In this document: in pieces, positions 42,482-50,510 of the stretch
How positions within the stretch are numbered: the first letter of the stretch is position 1
How the letters are laid out: the number at the start of each line of letters is the position of its first letter
Virus record (IMG/VR): IMGVR_UViG_3300036770_003326
Coordinates: 1 to 64,000 of that record
DNA length: 64,000 nt
Reading direction: 5' to 3' (one strand)
Source: a virus
Made by a program: the position numbers and the translations under genes
The notes under the pieces: generated by a model
Database searches by the model: none
The model's input: only the letters and a program-made list of their open reading frames with translations
What the model was told of the DNA's origin: nothing

Positions 42482-43034
42482 CAGGTAAGTTTATTTCTAT
42501 ATCAAATTCTTCTTCCTCAAGTATAGGAGCCTTAGATGCATCGTGTTTATACTCTACAGGAGGTTCTGGAATAGTAGTAGTAGTATTTAAATATTCTTGC
42601 GGTTCTTGTGGTTCTTGCGGTTCTGAAATAACAGTACTCACAACACTAGGCTTACTAGTCATAACTAGATTAACTTCTATTTTAAATCCATCTGAATCAG
42701 GTAAATAACATAATTCAGGATGTAAAAAATTATTGTCGTCCAGTAATGGCTTATTAAATAATAGTTTCTTTTTTAATCTAGATATAATAACATTAAATTG
42801 TTTCTCTTCTATCTTAACCAACTCTCTTATTTCTTTTCTCATATCTTTAGATAAAATAAACTTAGCGCGCTTTTCTAACGGCAGTGCTGAGTATTCATTA
42901 TTTAATCTAATAATCTCTGCTAATACATCTCTCTCTTGTGGAGTTATGTTTAACATGAAATTCATAAAAGCAAGAATTTGTCTATATATCTTACTCTGGT
43001 TGGTCGGAAGTGAAATTACTTTGCGCTGTCTCAT
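42474..43034 (-). CDS. HTH-type DNA-binding protein with acidic Pro-rich tail
   Basis: ITPQERDVLAEI...FNVIISRLKKK; EPQ x3 repeat. Confidence 0.55.
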   Translation of the reverse strand: MRQRKVISLPTNQSKIYRQILAFMNFMLNITPQERDVLAEIIRLNNEYSALPLEKRAKFILSKDMRKEIRELVKIEEKQFNVIISRLKKKLLFNKPLLDDNNFLHPELCYLPDSDGFKIEVNLVMTSKPSVVSTVISEPQEPQEPQEYLNTTTTIPEPPVEYKHDASKAPILEEEEFDIEINLPDE

Positions 43035-43404
43035 GTATAATTTCTTTTTGCATTTCTTTATCTGTATTTAGAATCTTAGCTACCTCATAATAAGTAAGTA
43101 ATGATGTTTGTGTTAAGCTAGCTATAACTTCTATTAACACATGGTACTCCATATGTTTTGCGTCTATGTTGTTAGGCCTAGGAAATTTAAACTGTTGTAC
43201 AGTGTGTTCACCGTAGCCTAGTTCCTTAACTATAATATCAAAATGCCAAGCTTTAAATTCAGGGTTATTTTCACTAGCTGGTACGTCTACTGGGTAAGAC
43301 TTGTAAGTAAAACTAATTCCGCTGCCCATAGATTTTTCTGTAGCTAACATAAAGCTAGTGGCTATTATCTCTTTTAATACATTAACTCTTTCTGTTGTTG
43401 TCAT
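42991..43404 (-). CDS. Hypothetical protein
   Basis: 137-aa ORF within the operon. Confidence 0.6.
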   Translation of the reverse strand: MTTTERVNVLKEIIATSFMLATEKSMGSGISFTYKSYPVDVPASENNPEFKAWHFDIIVKELGYGEHTVQQFKFPRPNNIDAKHMEYHVLIEVIASLTQTSLLTYYEVAKILNTDKEMQKEIIHETAQSNFTSDQPE

Positions 43405-43579
43405 TTTGTGTTATTTTAAACTTTAATATAAATACTAATTTATTTTTTGCACTAACCTCATAAGACGTAGTAAGAACCTTACTGTGCTGTCTGCAGTAAG
43501 GCTCAAACCTTGTCTTGACTATCTCTTCTCTAGTAAATAATTCTTCTAGTTCTGTTGATATAAATTCTCCAATAATCAC
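43382..43579 (-). CDS. Hypothetical protein
   Basis: 65-aa ORF within the operon. Confidence 0.5.
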   Translation of the reverse strand: MIIGEFISTELEELFTREEIVKTRFEPYCRQHSKVLTTSYEVSAKNKLVFILKFKITQNDNNRKS

Positions 43580-43580
43580 C

Positions 43581-43856
43581 CTAGTAGTCCTGAGTTAATG
43601 TTTCTGATATTTTATACTTACCTCTTGCTGCAGATATAATTAACTCTCTTGTTTTTAGAGAATAAATTATTTTTTCTAAACTAGAACTGGTTAAGTTTAG
43701 CTTATCGCAAATATGTTTTTTATTAATCTTATCTGCATGCCATATATTATTTTCTCTATCTACCTGTAATAAAATATAATACAATGCATTAAATCCTGTA
43801 TCGGTAGATTTTAGTAAAATACTATCTGAAACATCTAAGCTTGTGTAAAATACCAT
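43581..43856 (-). CDS. Winged-helix protein (RepL-like)
   Basis: ICDKLNLTSSSLEKIIYSLK...RGKYKI. Confidence 0.6.
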   Translation of the reverse strand: MVFYTSLDVSDSILLKSTDTGFNALYYILLQVDRENNIWHADKINKKHICDKLNLTSSSLEKIIYSLKTRELIISAARGKYKISETLTQDY

Positions 43857-43860
43857 AGGG

Positions 43861-43868
43861 CAAATATA
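43861..43868 (-). promoter_or_regulatory. Bacteroidota -7 promoter box TATATTTG
   Basis: Minus strand reads TATATTTGccctATG. Confidence 0.5.
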
Positions 43869-43905
43869 ATAATTTTACAATAACTAACTAATTATTATAA
43901 TATAT

Positions 43906-44421
43906 TTATAATAAAAAAGGTTGAAATACTTCAAATACTTCCTTATCTATGGTTTTTCTTTTACGAGCTATATAAGGATTTAACATATATATAACTCTAA
44001 CCTCATTAGATATCCTGCCTTTAATCTGATATAATACTCCTAACTCTATAAGCCTTTTTAATAACTTTAAAAACATAGCCTTAGAAGAATAGCCTAAAAA
44101 TTTTTGCAGTGTGTCGTTGGTGTGTGGCCTAGGGCCATTATAAACTAAATTAAGTGGAGTTTTTAAATCAGTAGTCATCATAAGTAAGTTATGCATTTCT
44201 GTTCTAGATAACTCTGTAGATAAATACCTAACAGTCTTAGAATCTAATACTACAAAATCATCAGAAGTAATAATAACATAATTACCTTCTGAAGTAATTT
44301 TATAATTTAATTCTTGTTTAATCTCTGAAGATAGTAACTCACCAGTATCTGTGTTTACATATCTTTCTAAATCTAGTTTTATATTCTTACTAGATTTAAT
44401 ATTTTTTATACTATTCCCCAT
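43906..44421 (-). CDS. RepL-like replication/maintenance protein (wHTH)
   Basis: VNTDTGE N-terminus; LKRLIELGVL...YMLNPYIARK, typical of the plasmid RepL family. Confidence 0.7.
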   Translation of the reverse strand: MGNSIKNIKSSKNIKLDLERYVNTDTGELLSSEIKQELNYKITSEGNYVIITSDDFVVLDSKTVRYLSTELSRTEMHNLLMMTTDLKTPLNLVYNGPRPHTNDTLQKFLGYSSKAMFLKLLKRLIELGVLYQIKGRISNEVRVIYMLNPYIARKRKTIDKEVFEVFQPFLL

Positions 44422-44463
44422 AACTACAAAGTTATTGTAAAAATATTACAATAACTAATCTCC

Positions 44464-44515
44464 AGGTACTAAAAATAGTACCTATAACGCCTGTGAGGTA
44501 CTAAAAATAGTACCT
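44464..44515. repeat. Two identical 20-bp palindromic boxes AGGTACTA-AAAA-TAGTACCT
   Basis: Copies at 44464-44483 and 44496-44515. Confidence 0.9.
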
Positions 44516-44816
44516 GACTAAAAGCTCTGTAAGTCAATAGTAGTATGGTCTAGACTATGATTTTTTGTCATTTCACGCTTTATTATAATTATTTGGGAAT
44601 TTTTTTTGACCTAAAATATACTACCCTATATAAACTATCCCCCCTGTTTTCTCTGCTTAAATAGTAGTCCCCCCTAACAAAACTACCTATGGAAAATATT
44701 TCTAAAATATAAAATACAAAATATTTCTAAAATGTATAGAAGTGGGTACCAGCACCGTCACCGACCCCTTCTATGTTTGGGGTGGGAAGGAATCCGCCCC
44801 GTAAAAATTGTAAGAT

Positions 44817-45065
44817 ATGAAATATACTGTAGAATTTAGCAAGGAAGTAACCAAGGATTGGGGTACTAGTTTTATTAGCAAGCTCGTGTTGCCTGTAGTT
44901 GATAACGTATTAGGATGCGGTCGCAAGACTACATACTACGTATGGGGCACCAAACAGCTCGAGGGTACCGTAGAACTCAACATCGACGAGTGGAATGTCG
45001 TGGAGAAGGAAGCGGTGATCAACGGAGAGACGATGATGCTGAAGTACATCACGGGGCCACGGTAG
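44817..45065 (+). CDS. First early gene, hypothetical, GC-rich
   Basis: 82 aa; many C/G-ending codons unlike the rest of the window; followed by hairpin CCCC-TTCG-GGGG. Confidence 0.7.
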   Translation: MKYTVEFSKEVTKDWGTSFISKLVLPVVDNVLGCGRKTTYYVWGTKQLEGTVELNIDEWNVVEKEAVINGETMMLKYITGPR

Positions 45066-45089
45066 TGGTCCCCCTTCGGGGGTCGATCT

Positions 45090-45895
45090 CAATGAGTAAA
45101 GCTATAAAGTCCTGTATAAAGAGGCCGTGATACTGCGTAAACGTACAACAAAGTGAACAACGTAAAGTATTGACAATGAGATACATAGTCATATATGGTG
45201 TGGTTACTAACTCATCCTGGGCCGTAAACCCTAACGCATAACTATGCGTGATTAGCCTATCATTATATATGTTATGGCTAAATGTATAATAAACAATTGT
45301 AGTAATAGAAGATACATCGTTTGTGTTGAGTATATCTCATGTAAATCTACCTATCTTTAAAAACCCCATGCTGAAATATAAGAACCAGTTGAATGTGGCT
45401 TTATTACAATTGTTTATATACTCTCATCCAATTGCAGGTAATGTGAGACTACCAGAAATGGGGTCCTGCTATAAATGTATCACATACTTCAAGGGTTGCA
45501 ACCTTGTGAGAGTACAATATTGCAGGACACAGCACTTTACAGGTGGGCAGTGTCCAACAAGAACTAATCAATTCTTGTATGGAAAAACTCTGTATTTGGT
45601 GAGTTATATTACTGTAAATAGTATAACAAATCCAATATTTAAGCTTGATAAGCTACACAGTATATTGTGGTTTGAGTAAAAAGACAATAAGCCCTTTGTG
45701 GTGAACAGTATAACAAGGACTCTGAACAAACCCTTGTAATCCTACTAATATACTAGTAGGTAGTAATGCACCATTCCTGATTCCCAAGGTCAGGCAGTTG
45801 TAAGAACAAGATAGACCTATTTATAGGTAGAAGAGCTACAGTGATGTGGCAAGAATTAACTCTTAAGTCTTACAACTGAGTGCAGAGGGGTATTT
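45090..45895 (+). ncRNA. Large structured non-coding region (one or several ncRNAs)
   Basis: Dense nested inverted repeats (see findings); no credible CDS. Confidence 0.55.
45758..45895 (+). ncRNA. Candidate twister ribozyme variant
   Basis: UAA-UGCA-CC-auu-CCUGA-UUCCCAAGG-UCAGG-[long P5]-AG-UGCA-GA-GGG matches twister topology (P2, P4, T1, T2); weak P1. Confidence 0.5.
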
Positions 45896-45935
45896 AACTT
45901 ATAGAAACTTTACTTATTTATTTAAACATAAACTT

Positions 45936-46160
45936 ATGACAAGAGCAGAAGCACTTAAAAAAACTAGAGAAAAATTTACTAATCTATTAGACGGTAAAGT
46001 TCTTCCTAATGCTACTATTACAGAAATTATTTTATACTATGAAACATTAGTAGTAAAGAATATTGCACCAATAGTTAAATCAAACTCTGGTATAATAGAT
46101 AATTTCCGTGAAGCAGAAATTCAACAATATCAAGAAGATAACGATGAGTGGTATCATTAA
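45936..46160 (+). CDS. Hypothetical early protein
   Basis: 74 aa with A-rich leader. Confidence 0.65.
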   Translation: MTRAEALKKTREKFTNLLDGKVLPNATITEIILYYETLVVKNIAPIVKSNSGIIDNFREAEIQQYQEDNDEWYH

Positions 46161-46189
46161 AATACCACTCTATTAAAACTATATAACTT

Positions 46190-46369
46190 ATGAAATACTC
46201 TAAACTATTTATGTACATTACTATACTAGGTATAGTATCAGGATTATTATCAGCTTATCTAATGCTAGTAAAAAACAACCCTTCAATAAGTGCTTTACTA
46301 GCTACAACATCTTTTACTTTATTATTCACAGGATCTATGCTAGACAATAAATCTAAATATAAAAATTAA
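46190..46369 (+). CDS. Small 2-TM membrane protein (59 aa)
   Basis: Translated by hand: MKYSKLFMYITILGIVSGLLSAYLML... Confidence 0.55.
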   Translation: MKYSKLFMYITILGIVSGLLSAYLMLVKNNPSISALLATTSFTLLFTGSMLDNKSKYKN

Positions 46370-46388
46370 TTTACTAAATCTTATCTAA

Positions 46389-46580
46389 ATGAAAACTTTA
46401 ATTGAATTTTGTATAGTACTAGTAATCACACTATTAACTTTTGGTATAGCTAGTTACACTAGTTTTAAATTTTCTAATAATCTCTTTATAATACTTTTTA
46501 TTTCTTTTACAGTATCCTTTATAACTTCTATAATATCTACTGAAATAATTATTAACTTAAAATATATAAATCATGATTAG
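46389..46580 (+). CDS. Small 2-TM membrane protein
   Basis: 63 aa, hydrophobic. Confidence 0.55.
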   Translation: MKTLIEFCIVLVITLLTFGIASYTSFKFSNNLFIILFISFTVSFITSIISTEIIINLKYINHD

Positions 46581-46830
46581 TACTTTAAATCAAAACTCAA
46601 CAGCAAAATCAAATGCTAACTTATTATTTCCTGAGCATATAGAAATCTCAGAGCGTGAGTTTTCTGATTATTATAATGCATTCTTATGCATGGACAGTAA
46701 ATTTATTAGAGATAACATGTCTGTAATAAATGAATCTGTATGGACTTTTAACTTTCATTATACTTTTTTCTGCGTTATACTAAATCCTGGATTATATAAC
46801 GAAGAACTTTACATGGGTGTAATAAAATAA
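46573..46830 (+). CDS. Hypothetical protein
   Basis: 85 aa; followed by hairpin agagccct...agggctct. Confidence 0.6.
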   Translation: MISTLNQNSTAKSNANLLFPEHIEISEREFSDYYNAFLCMDSKFIRDNMSVINESVWTFNFHYTFFCVILNPGLYNEELYMGVIK

Positions 46831-46926
46831 GTCAGAAGAGCCCTGTAACAAGGGCTCTATTTGATTAAGCTATAATAGGCTTAAAATAAATATATATTAT
46901 ATCATTTAATTTATTATATTTATATC

Positions 46927-47175
46927 ATGTTTGAAACTGTTAATATATTTACAATAAATATTAGTATAACTAAAACTAAGAATATACTATTAATAATATT
47001 TGCCGAGAATCTTACATCAATAGATGAAGTTAAAAGCTTTTATTTCAATAAATACAAACACTTACAAAAAGATCCTGATAAATTTAGTTTTATTCACAAA
47101 GGCAAATACTCTACTGACAGTAAGTATTTTGATCTAGCATGTGAAGGATTAAATTATTCCTGTACATTTTCTTAA
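46927..47175 (+). CDS. Hypothetical protein
   Basis: 82 aa; followed by a long hairpin at about 47181-47239. Confidence 0.55.
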   Translation: MFETVNIFTINISITKTKNILLIIFAENLTSIDEVKSFYFNKYKHLQKDPDKFSFIHKGKYSTDSKYFDLACEGLNYSCTFS

Positions 47176-47403
47176 TCTTTGGTTTCTTAGTAAACTATTC
47201 TTTTTACTTACAATTTTTAGGATAGTTTATTAAGAAACCTTTCTTTTTTATTTACACGCTAATATTATTCTGCATCGTCGCAAAAAGAATAATGGGCACT
47301 GGATATAATATGCTTTAGTTATATCTAGTATAGACTTTATAAGTCTGATCTATAAAGCACCTTAATTAATTTAATTTATAAACTTTTAAAAAATTTAAAA
47401 ATC

Positions 47404-47919
47404 ATGGAAAAAAGAATCATTTTAGAATCAGCAAAAGGTGTTAAGAATAACAAAGTTCAATTGTGTTTTTCTCAAATAGTAGAAAGCTCTAAAACAAACA
47501 CTAATGTATTAGGACTATTAAACGCATCTGATGAGCGTTTTACACAGTCTAAACCTCGTTATGCTTGGGTTACAGCAGAACCTAAAGATGTTAAAGCACA
47601 ATTTGGTATTGATGTAGATAGTCTTAAACAAGGTGATGTATTGGAAATAGGAGCTGTAGATCCAAGAATGGCATCATTCCCAGAAACAGCACTTAACATT
47701 CAAATTACCGAGACAACAGAAGGTAGTGACTATGATGTACAAAACTTCGAGACTCGTGCTAAGAGAGCAGGTAAAGATGGTGATTTCATTATGAAAGACG
47801 GTTTGTATATCTATGTGAATACTACTGTTGTACCAGGTGAGCCTAAGCATGTTATCATTACTGATACTGAACGAGTATCTGCTAATGGATCTTCTTTGGC
47901 AAACTCTTTAGGAGTATAA
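47404..47919 (+). CDS. Conserved crAss-like early protein (possibly ssDNA-binding)
   Basis: 171 aa; KRAGKDG...GLYIY motif; has its own terminator. Confidence 0.6.
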   Translation: MEKRIILESAKGVKNNKVQLCFSQIVESSKTNTNVLGLLNASDERFTQSKPRYAWVTAEPKDVKAQFGIDVDSLKQGDVLEIGAVDPRMASFPETALNIQITETTEGSDYDVQNFETRAKRAGKDGDFIMKDGLYIYVNTTVVPGEPKHVIITDTERVSANGSSLANSLGV

Positions 47920-47929
47920 TCTAACTATA

Positions 47930-47961
47930 AAACCAGGGTAAGTTGATTCTTGCCCTGGTTT
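47930..47961 (+). terminator. Intrinsic terminator / hairpin directly before the cassette array
   Basis: aaaccagggtaag...cttgccctggttt. Confidence 0.6.
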
Positions 47962-47991
47962 CTAATTATCTAACCTTTAAATCAGAATAAA

Positions 47992-48258
47992 ATGGAACAG
48001 AAACAGACAGCAGTAGAATGGTTGGTCCAACAACTAAGAAATGGTAAGGAATTTAATGATGAATTAATCCAACAAGCCAAAGCAATGGAGAAAGAAGAAA
48101 TAATGTATAGTGAGGAAGAAGTTTTAGAAATACTACAAAAATGGTCAATGTATCAAGTTGACATAGAGTTGAATAAATTAAATATAAAAGAACTAAATGA
48201 TGTGTTGAAAAAAACATTGTCATATAAAGAATGGTTTGGTCAAATCAAAAAGAAGTAA
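47992..48258 (+). CDS. Cassette ORF, TAVEWL / AKxMEKE family
   Basis: Starts at the ATG inside the repeat. Confidence 0.75.
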   Translation: MEQKQTAVEWLVQQLRNGKEFNDELIQQAKAMEKEEIMYSEEEVLEILQKWSMYQVDIELNKLNIKELNDVLKKTLSYKEWFGQIKKK

Positions 48259-48259
48259 T

Positions 48260-48322
48260 ATGGGAAAAGGATTAGACGTAGAAAAGTTTATGAAAGAAAA
48301 AGAAACCTTTAAATCAGAATAA
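48260..48322 (+). CDS. Mini ORF (20 aa) ending TFKSE
   Basis: MGKGLDVEKFMKEKETFKSE*. Confidence 0.5.
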   Translation: MGKGLDVEKFMKEKETFKSE

Positions 48323-48323
48323 A

Positions 48324-48548
48324 ATGAAAACAGCAGTAGAATGGTTGGTTGAAGAAATAAATAAACTAACTGGATTAACGATTCAAATGGATGAGCCAAT
48401 AATTGAACAAGCTAAAGAAATGGAAAAAGAGCAGATAAAAAGTGCATTCACACAAGGTGATTTATTTGCAGAAGATTATTTTAACCCTGAAAAATCTAAC
48501 ATCGATTGTTCAGAAAATTACTACAACAAAACCTTTAAATCAGAATAA
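48324..48548 (+). CDS. Cassette ORF, TAVEWL family
   Basis: Runs repeat to repeat, ending YYNKTFKSE. Confidence 0.8.
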   Translation: MKTAVEWLVEEINKLTGLTIQMDEPIIEQAKEMEKEQIKSAFTQGDLFAEDYFNPEKSNIDCSENYYNKTFKSE

Positions 48549-48636
48549 CGGTTTGCGGCTTTGCAATAGCCGCCAAAGAAGAATTTAATTATTAACCGAG
48601 AATTGTCAGGCGGCTATTGCAAAACCGCTGTTAGCC
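48543..48636 (+). mobile_element. attC-like site 1
   Basis: GAATAAC...20-bp arms (19/20 complementary)...GTTAGCC. Confidence 0.75.
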
Positions 48637-48663
48637 GCTGGCCTTTCTCACAACTTTAAAACA

Positions 48664-48894
48664 ATGACAGCAAAAGAACAAGCAAGTAGTTTAGTTGAGT
48701 ATTTTTGGACAGATGTTGAAGAGTTTAAACAATACGAAACTATTAAAATGACAAAAGAAATGGCTAAAGATTGTGCCATAAAAGTAGCTGAAGAAGCTAA
48801 AATAGAAATAGGAAATTTTGATAGAACTGATGGATTTGTCAAAACTCGTGAAGATTTTTGGGATGCTGTCATTGTCGAAATACGGTCTATGTAG
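48664..48894 (+). CDS. Integron-type cassette A ORF (MTAKE family)
   Basis: Flanked by GTTAGCCGC and its reverse complement GCGGCTAAC; paralog of 51113-51322. Confidence 0.8.
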   Translation: MTAKEQASSLVEYFWTDVEEFKQYETIKMTKEMAKDCAIKVAEEAKIEIGNFDRTDGFVKTREDFWDAVIVEIRSM

Positions 48895-48900
48895 GCTTGC

Positions 48901-49023
48901 GGCTAACGTTCCGAGTATTTGCGTAGTGCCTATACTGAACTATATTGTAAAATACAAAACTTAAAAATATGCAGAAAAGATTATTAGAATTACGAAAGGC
49001 ATTACGCAAATACTGTGTTATGT
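48901..49023 (+). mobile_element. attC-like site 2
   Basis: GGCTAAC...AGTATTTGCGTAGTGCCT / AGGCATTACGCAAATACT...GTTATGT. Confidence 0.8.
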
Positions 49024-49041
49024 GCCGTTTTTATTCAGATT

Positions 49042-49383
49042 ATGACAACGAAAGAGAAGATAATAAATCAAAGCATTGAGCAAGTTGAAAAGCAACTCAA
49101 AGAAATCAATTTGATACTTGAAGCTAATCCTTTAAGCGAGATATGTAAAATTAGACAAGAAGCACAAAAATTGCTCGATGAAAACAAAACTGTTGAGCAA
49201 AGAACGAGTGATGATTTTATTGCTAAAATAGAAGCATTGTCTAAACGTGAAAAAGAGCAATTTGCATTAGCTGAAAAAGGCAAGGATAGTATAAAATTGA
49301 TTGACGAAAAAGTCAAATTAGAGTTTGAGTTGTCAGACTTGCGAAATGAACTGTATCATATTGAACGTAGGCGCGTGTCTTAA
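49042..49383 (+). CDS. Integron-type cassette B ORF (coiled-coil, 113 aa)
   Basis: ATG at 49042; flanked by GTTATGTGCC and GGCACATAAC. Confidence 0.8.
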   Translation: MTTKEKIINQSIEQVEKQLKEINLILEANPLSEICKIRQEAQKLLDENKTVEQRTSDDFIAKIEALSKREKEQFALAEKGKDSIKLIDEKVKLEFELSDLRNELYHIERRRVS

Positions 49384-49389
49384 AATGGC

Positions 49390-49440
49390 ACATAACACCA
49401 AAGCAGGTGAAGTTTTAATTTCACTTGCTGACTGTTATCC
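49390..49440 (+). mobile_element. attC-like site 3 (short)
   Basis: ACATAAC...AGCAGGTGAAGTT / AATTTCACTTGCT...GTTATCC. Confidence 0.65.
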
Positions 49441-49484
49441 GCAGTTTTAATTGCGAAAGTTATTAACCTTTAAATCAGAATAAA

Positions 49485-49706
49485 ATGAAACAGACAGCCG
49501 TAGAATGGTTAGTTGAAAAATTTTCAACTCAAGGAACATTACATAGTTCAGATATATCACAAGCCAAAGCAATGGAGAAGGAGCAGATAATGGATGCAAG
49601 AGAAGATGGTCATTTATCTACATATGCAGAATATGGTTCAACTCCTAAATGTTACTTAGACGGAGGACATGAACAATACTACAACGAAACATTTAAATCA
49701 GAATAA
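49485..49706 (+). CDS. Cassette ORF, TAVEWL family
   Basis: Repeat to repeat; ends YYNETFKSE. Confidence 0.8.
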   Translation: MKQTAVEWLVEKFSTQGTLHSSDISQAKAMEKEQIMDAREDGHLSTYAEYGSTPKCYLDGGHEQYYNETFKSE

Positions 49707-49707
49707 G

Positions 49708-49905
49708 ATGGAACTATTTAAAAGTAAATGGGGTCAATGGACAGACCTATCAACTACGGGGTATATGGGGTATAAATATTTACTTCAAGCAAGAAGGCAT
49801 AAAGACGGAAGAATACAATACAGAGTAGAAAAAAGTAAGGATTGCTATACTTGCAACATTCCAACACTTGAACAATTAGAAAAAGTAACCTTTAAATCAG
49901 AATAA
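49708..49905 (+). CDS. Cassette ORF (MELFKSKWG...), 65 aa
   Basis: Start at the repeat ATG; ends TFKSE. Confidence 0.75.
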   Translation: MELFKSKWGQWTDLSTTGYMGYKYLLQARRHKDGRIQYRVEKSKDCYTCNIPTLEQLEKVTFKSE

Positions 49906-49906
49906 G

Positions 49907-50092
49907 ATGAAAACAATAAATGACTTTATTAAAGAACTTCAAATGATTAGTGAAGAAAAAAGAAAATTACCATTGGTTGTTCAATGTCCAAATGGGGAAA
50001 TAACATCACCAACAATTAAGATGATGTGGGATGAACCATTAATGATGTTTGAAAAAGAACCTGATAAAATGATTATTAGTTGGAGAGATTAA
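49907..50092 (+). CDS. Cassette ORF, hypothetical
   Basis: Start at the repeat ATG; stop overlaps the next repeat. Confidence 0.75.
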   Translation: MKTINDFIKELQMISEEKRKLPLVVQCPNGEITSPTIKMMWDEPLMMFEKEPDKMIISWRD

Positions 50093-50110
50093 CCTTTAAA
50101 TCAGAATAGA

Positions 50111-50509
50111 ATGATAATACAAACAAGAAGGACTTATGATTTTATTGAAATAAAAGTTGATGAAATTAAAACTACAATTTTTAAAAGTGACATTAAGGAA
50201 ATAAATGACACAATTGAAAATTTATTACAAGTAGTTGATGAATTAAAAACACTAAAAGAAAGACAAAAAAACAGAACTATGAAACAAACAGCAGTAGAAT
50301 GGTTGGTTAACGAACTTAAAAACAATCACGGTATAGATTTAAAATTATACAATGAGTTTGACAAAGCCAAAGAAATGGAGAAAAAGCAGAGAAAAAAAGA
50401 CTTTGTTAATGGCTATAAATCAAGAGCCAAAGAAAGCAATTTAATTTTTGATGAAACCTCTGAAATGTATGCAATTAAATTATTTAACGAAACCTTTAAA
50501 TCAGAATAG
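50111..50509 (+). CDS. Fused cassette ORF (unknown N-module + TAVEWL module from ATG 50279)
   Basis: Internal KNRT-MKQTAVEWL. Confidence 0.7.
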   Translation: MIIQTRRTYDFIEIKVDEIKTTIFKSDIKEINDTIENLLQVVDELKTLKERQKNRTMKQTAVEWLVNELKNNHGIDLKLYNEFDKAKEMEKKQRKKDFVNGYKSRAKESNLIFDETSEMYAIKLFNETFKSE

Positions 50510-50510
50510 A

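Noticed and set aside
42594-42624. 9-bp tandem repeat (EPQ x3); also the poly-Gln tract in the portal gene
   Set aside because: Ordinary low-complexity coding repeats with no sign of a special function
845-43071. Many plus-strand ORFs antisense to virion genes (e.g. 845-1273, 1946-2317, 30700-31971, 39942-40259)
   Set aside because: Shadow ORFs opposite long, motif-bearing minus-strand genes
45323-45679. 118-aa ORF in the ORF track
   Set aside because: Non-ATG start, atypical composition, and it overlaps dense RNA-like secondary structure; probably spurious
44740-45900. tRNA genes in the intergenic region
   Set aside because: No cloverleaf with a GTTCRA T-loop recognised by eye; a tRNAscan-SE run would be needed to exclude them fully
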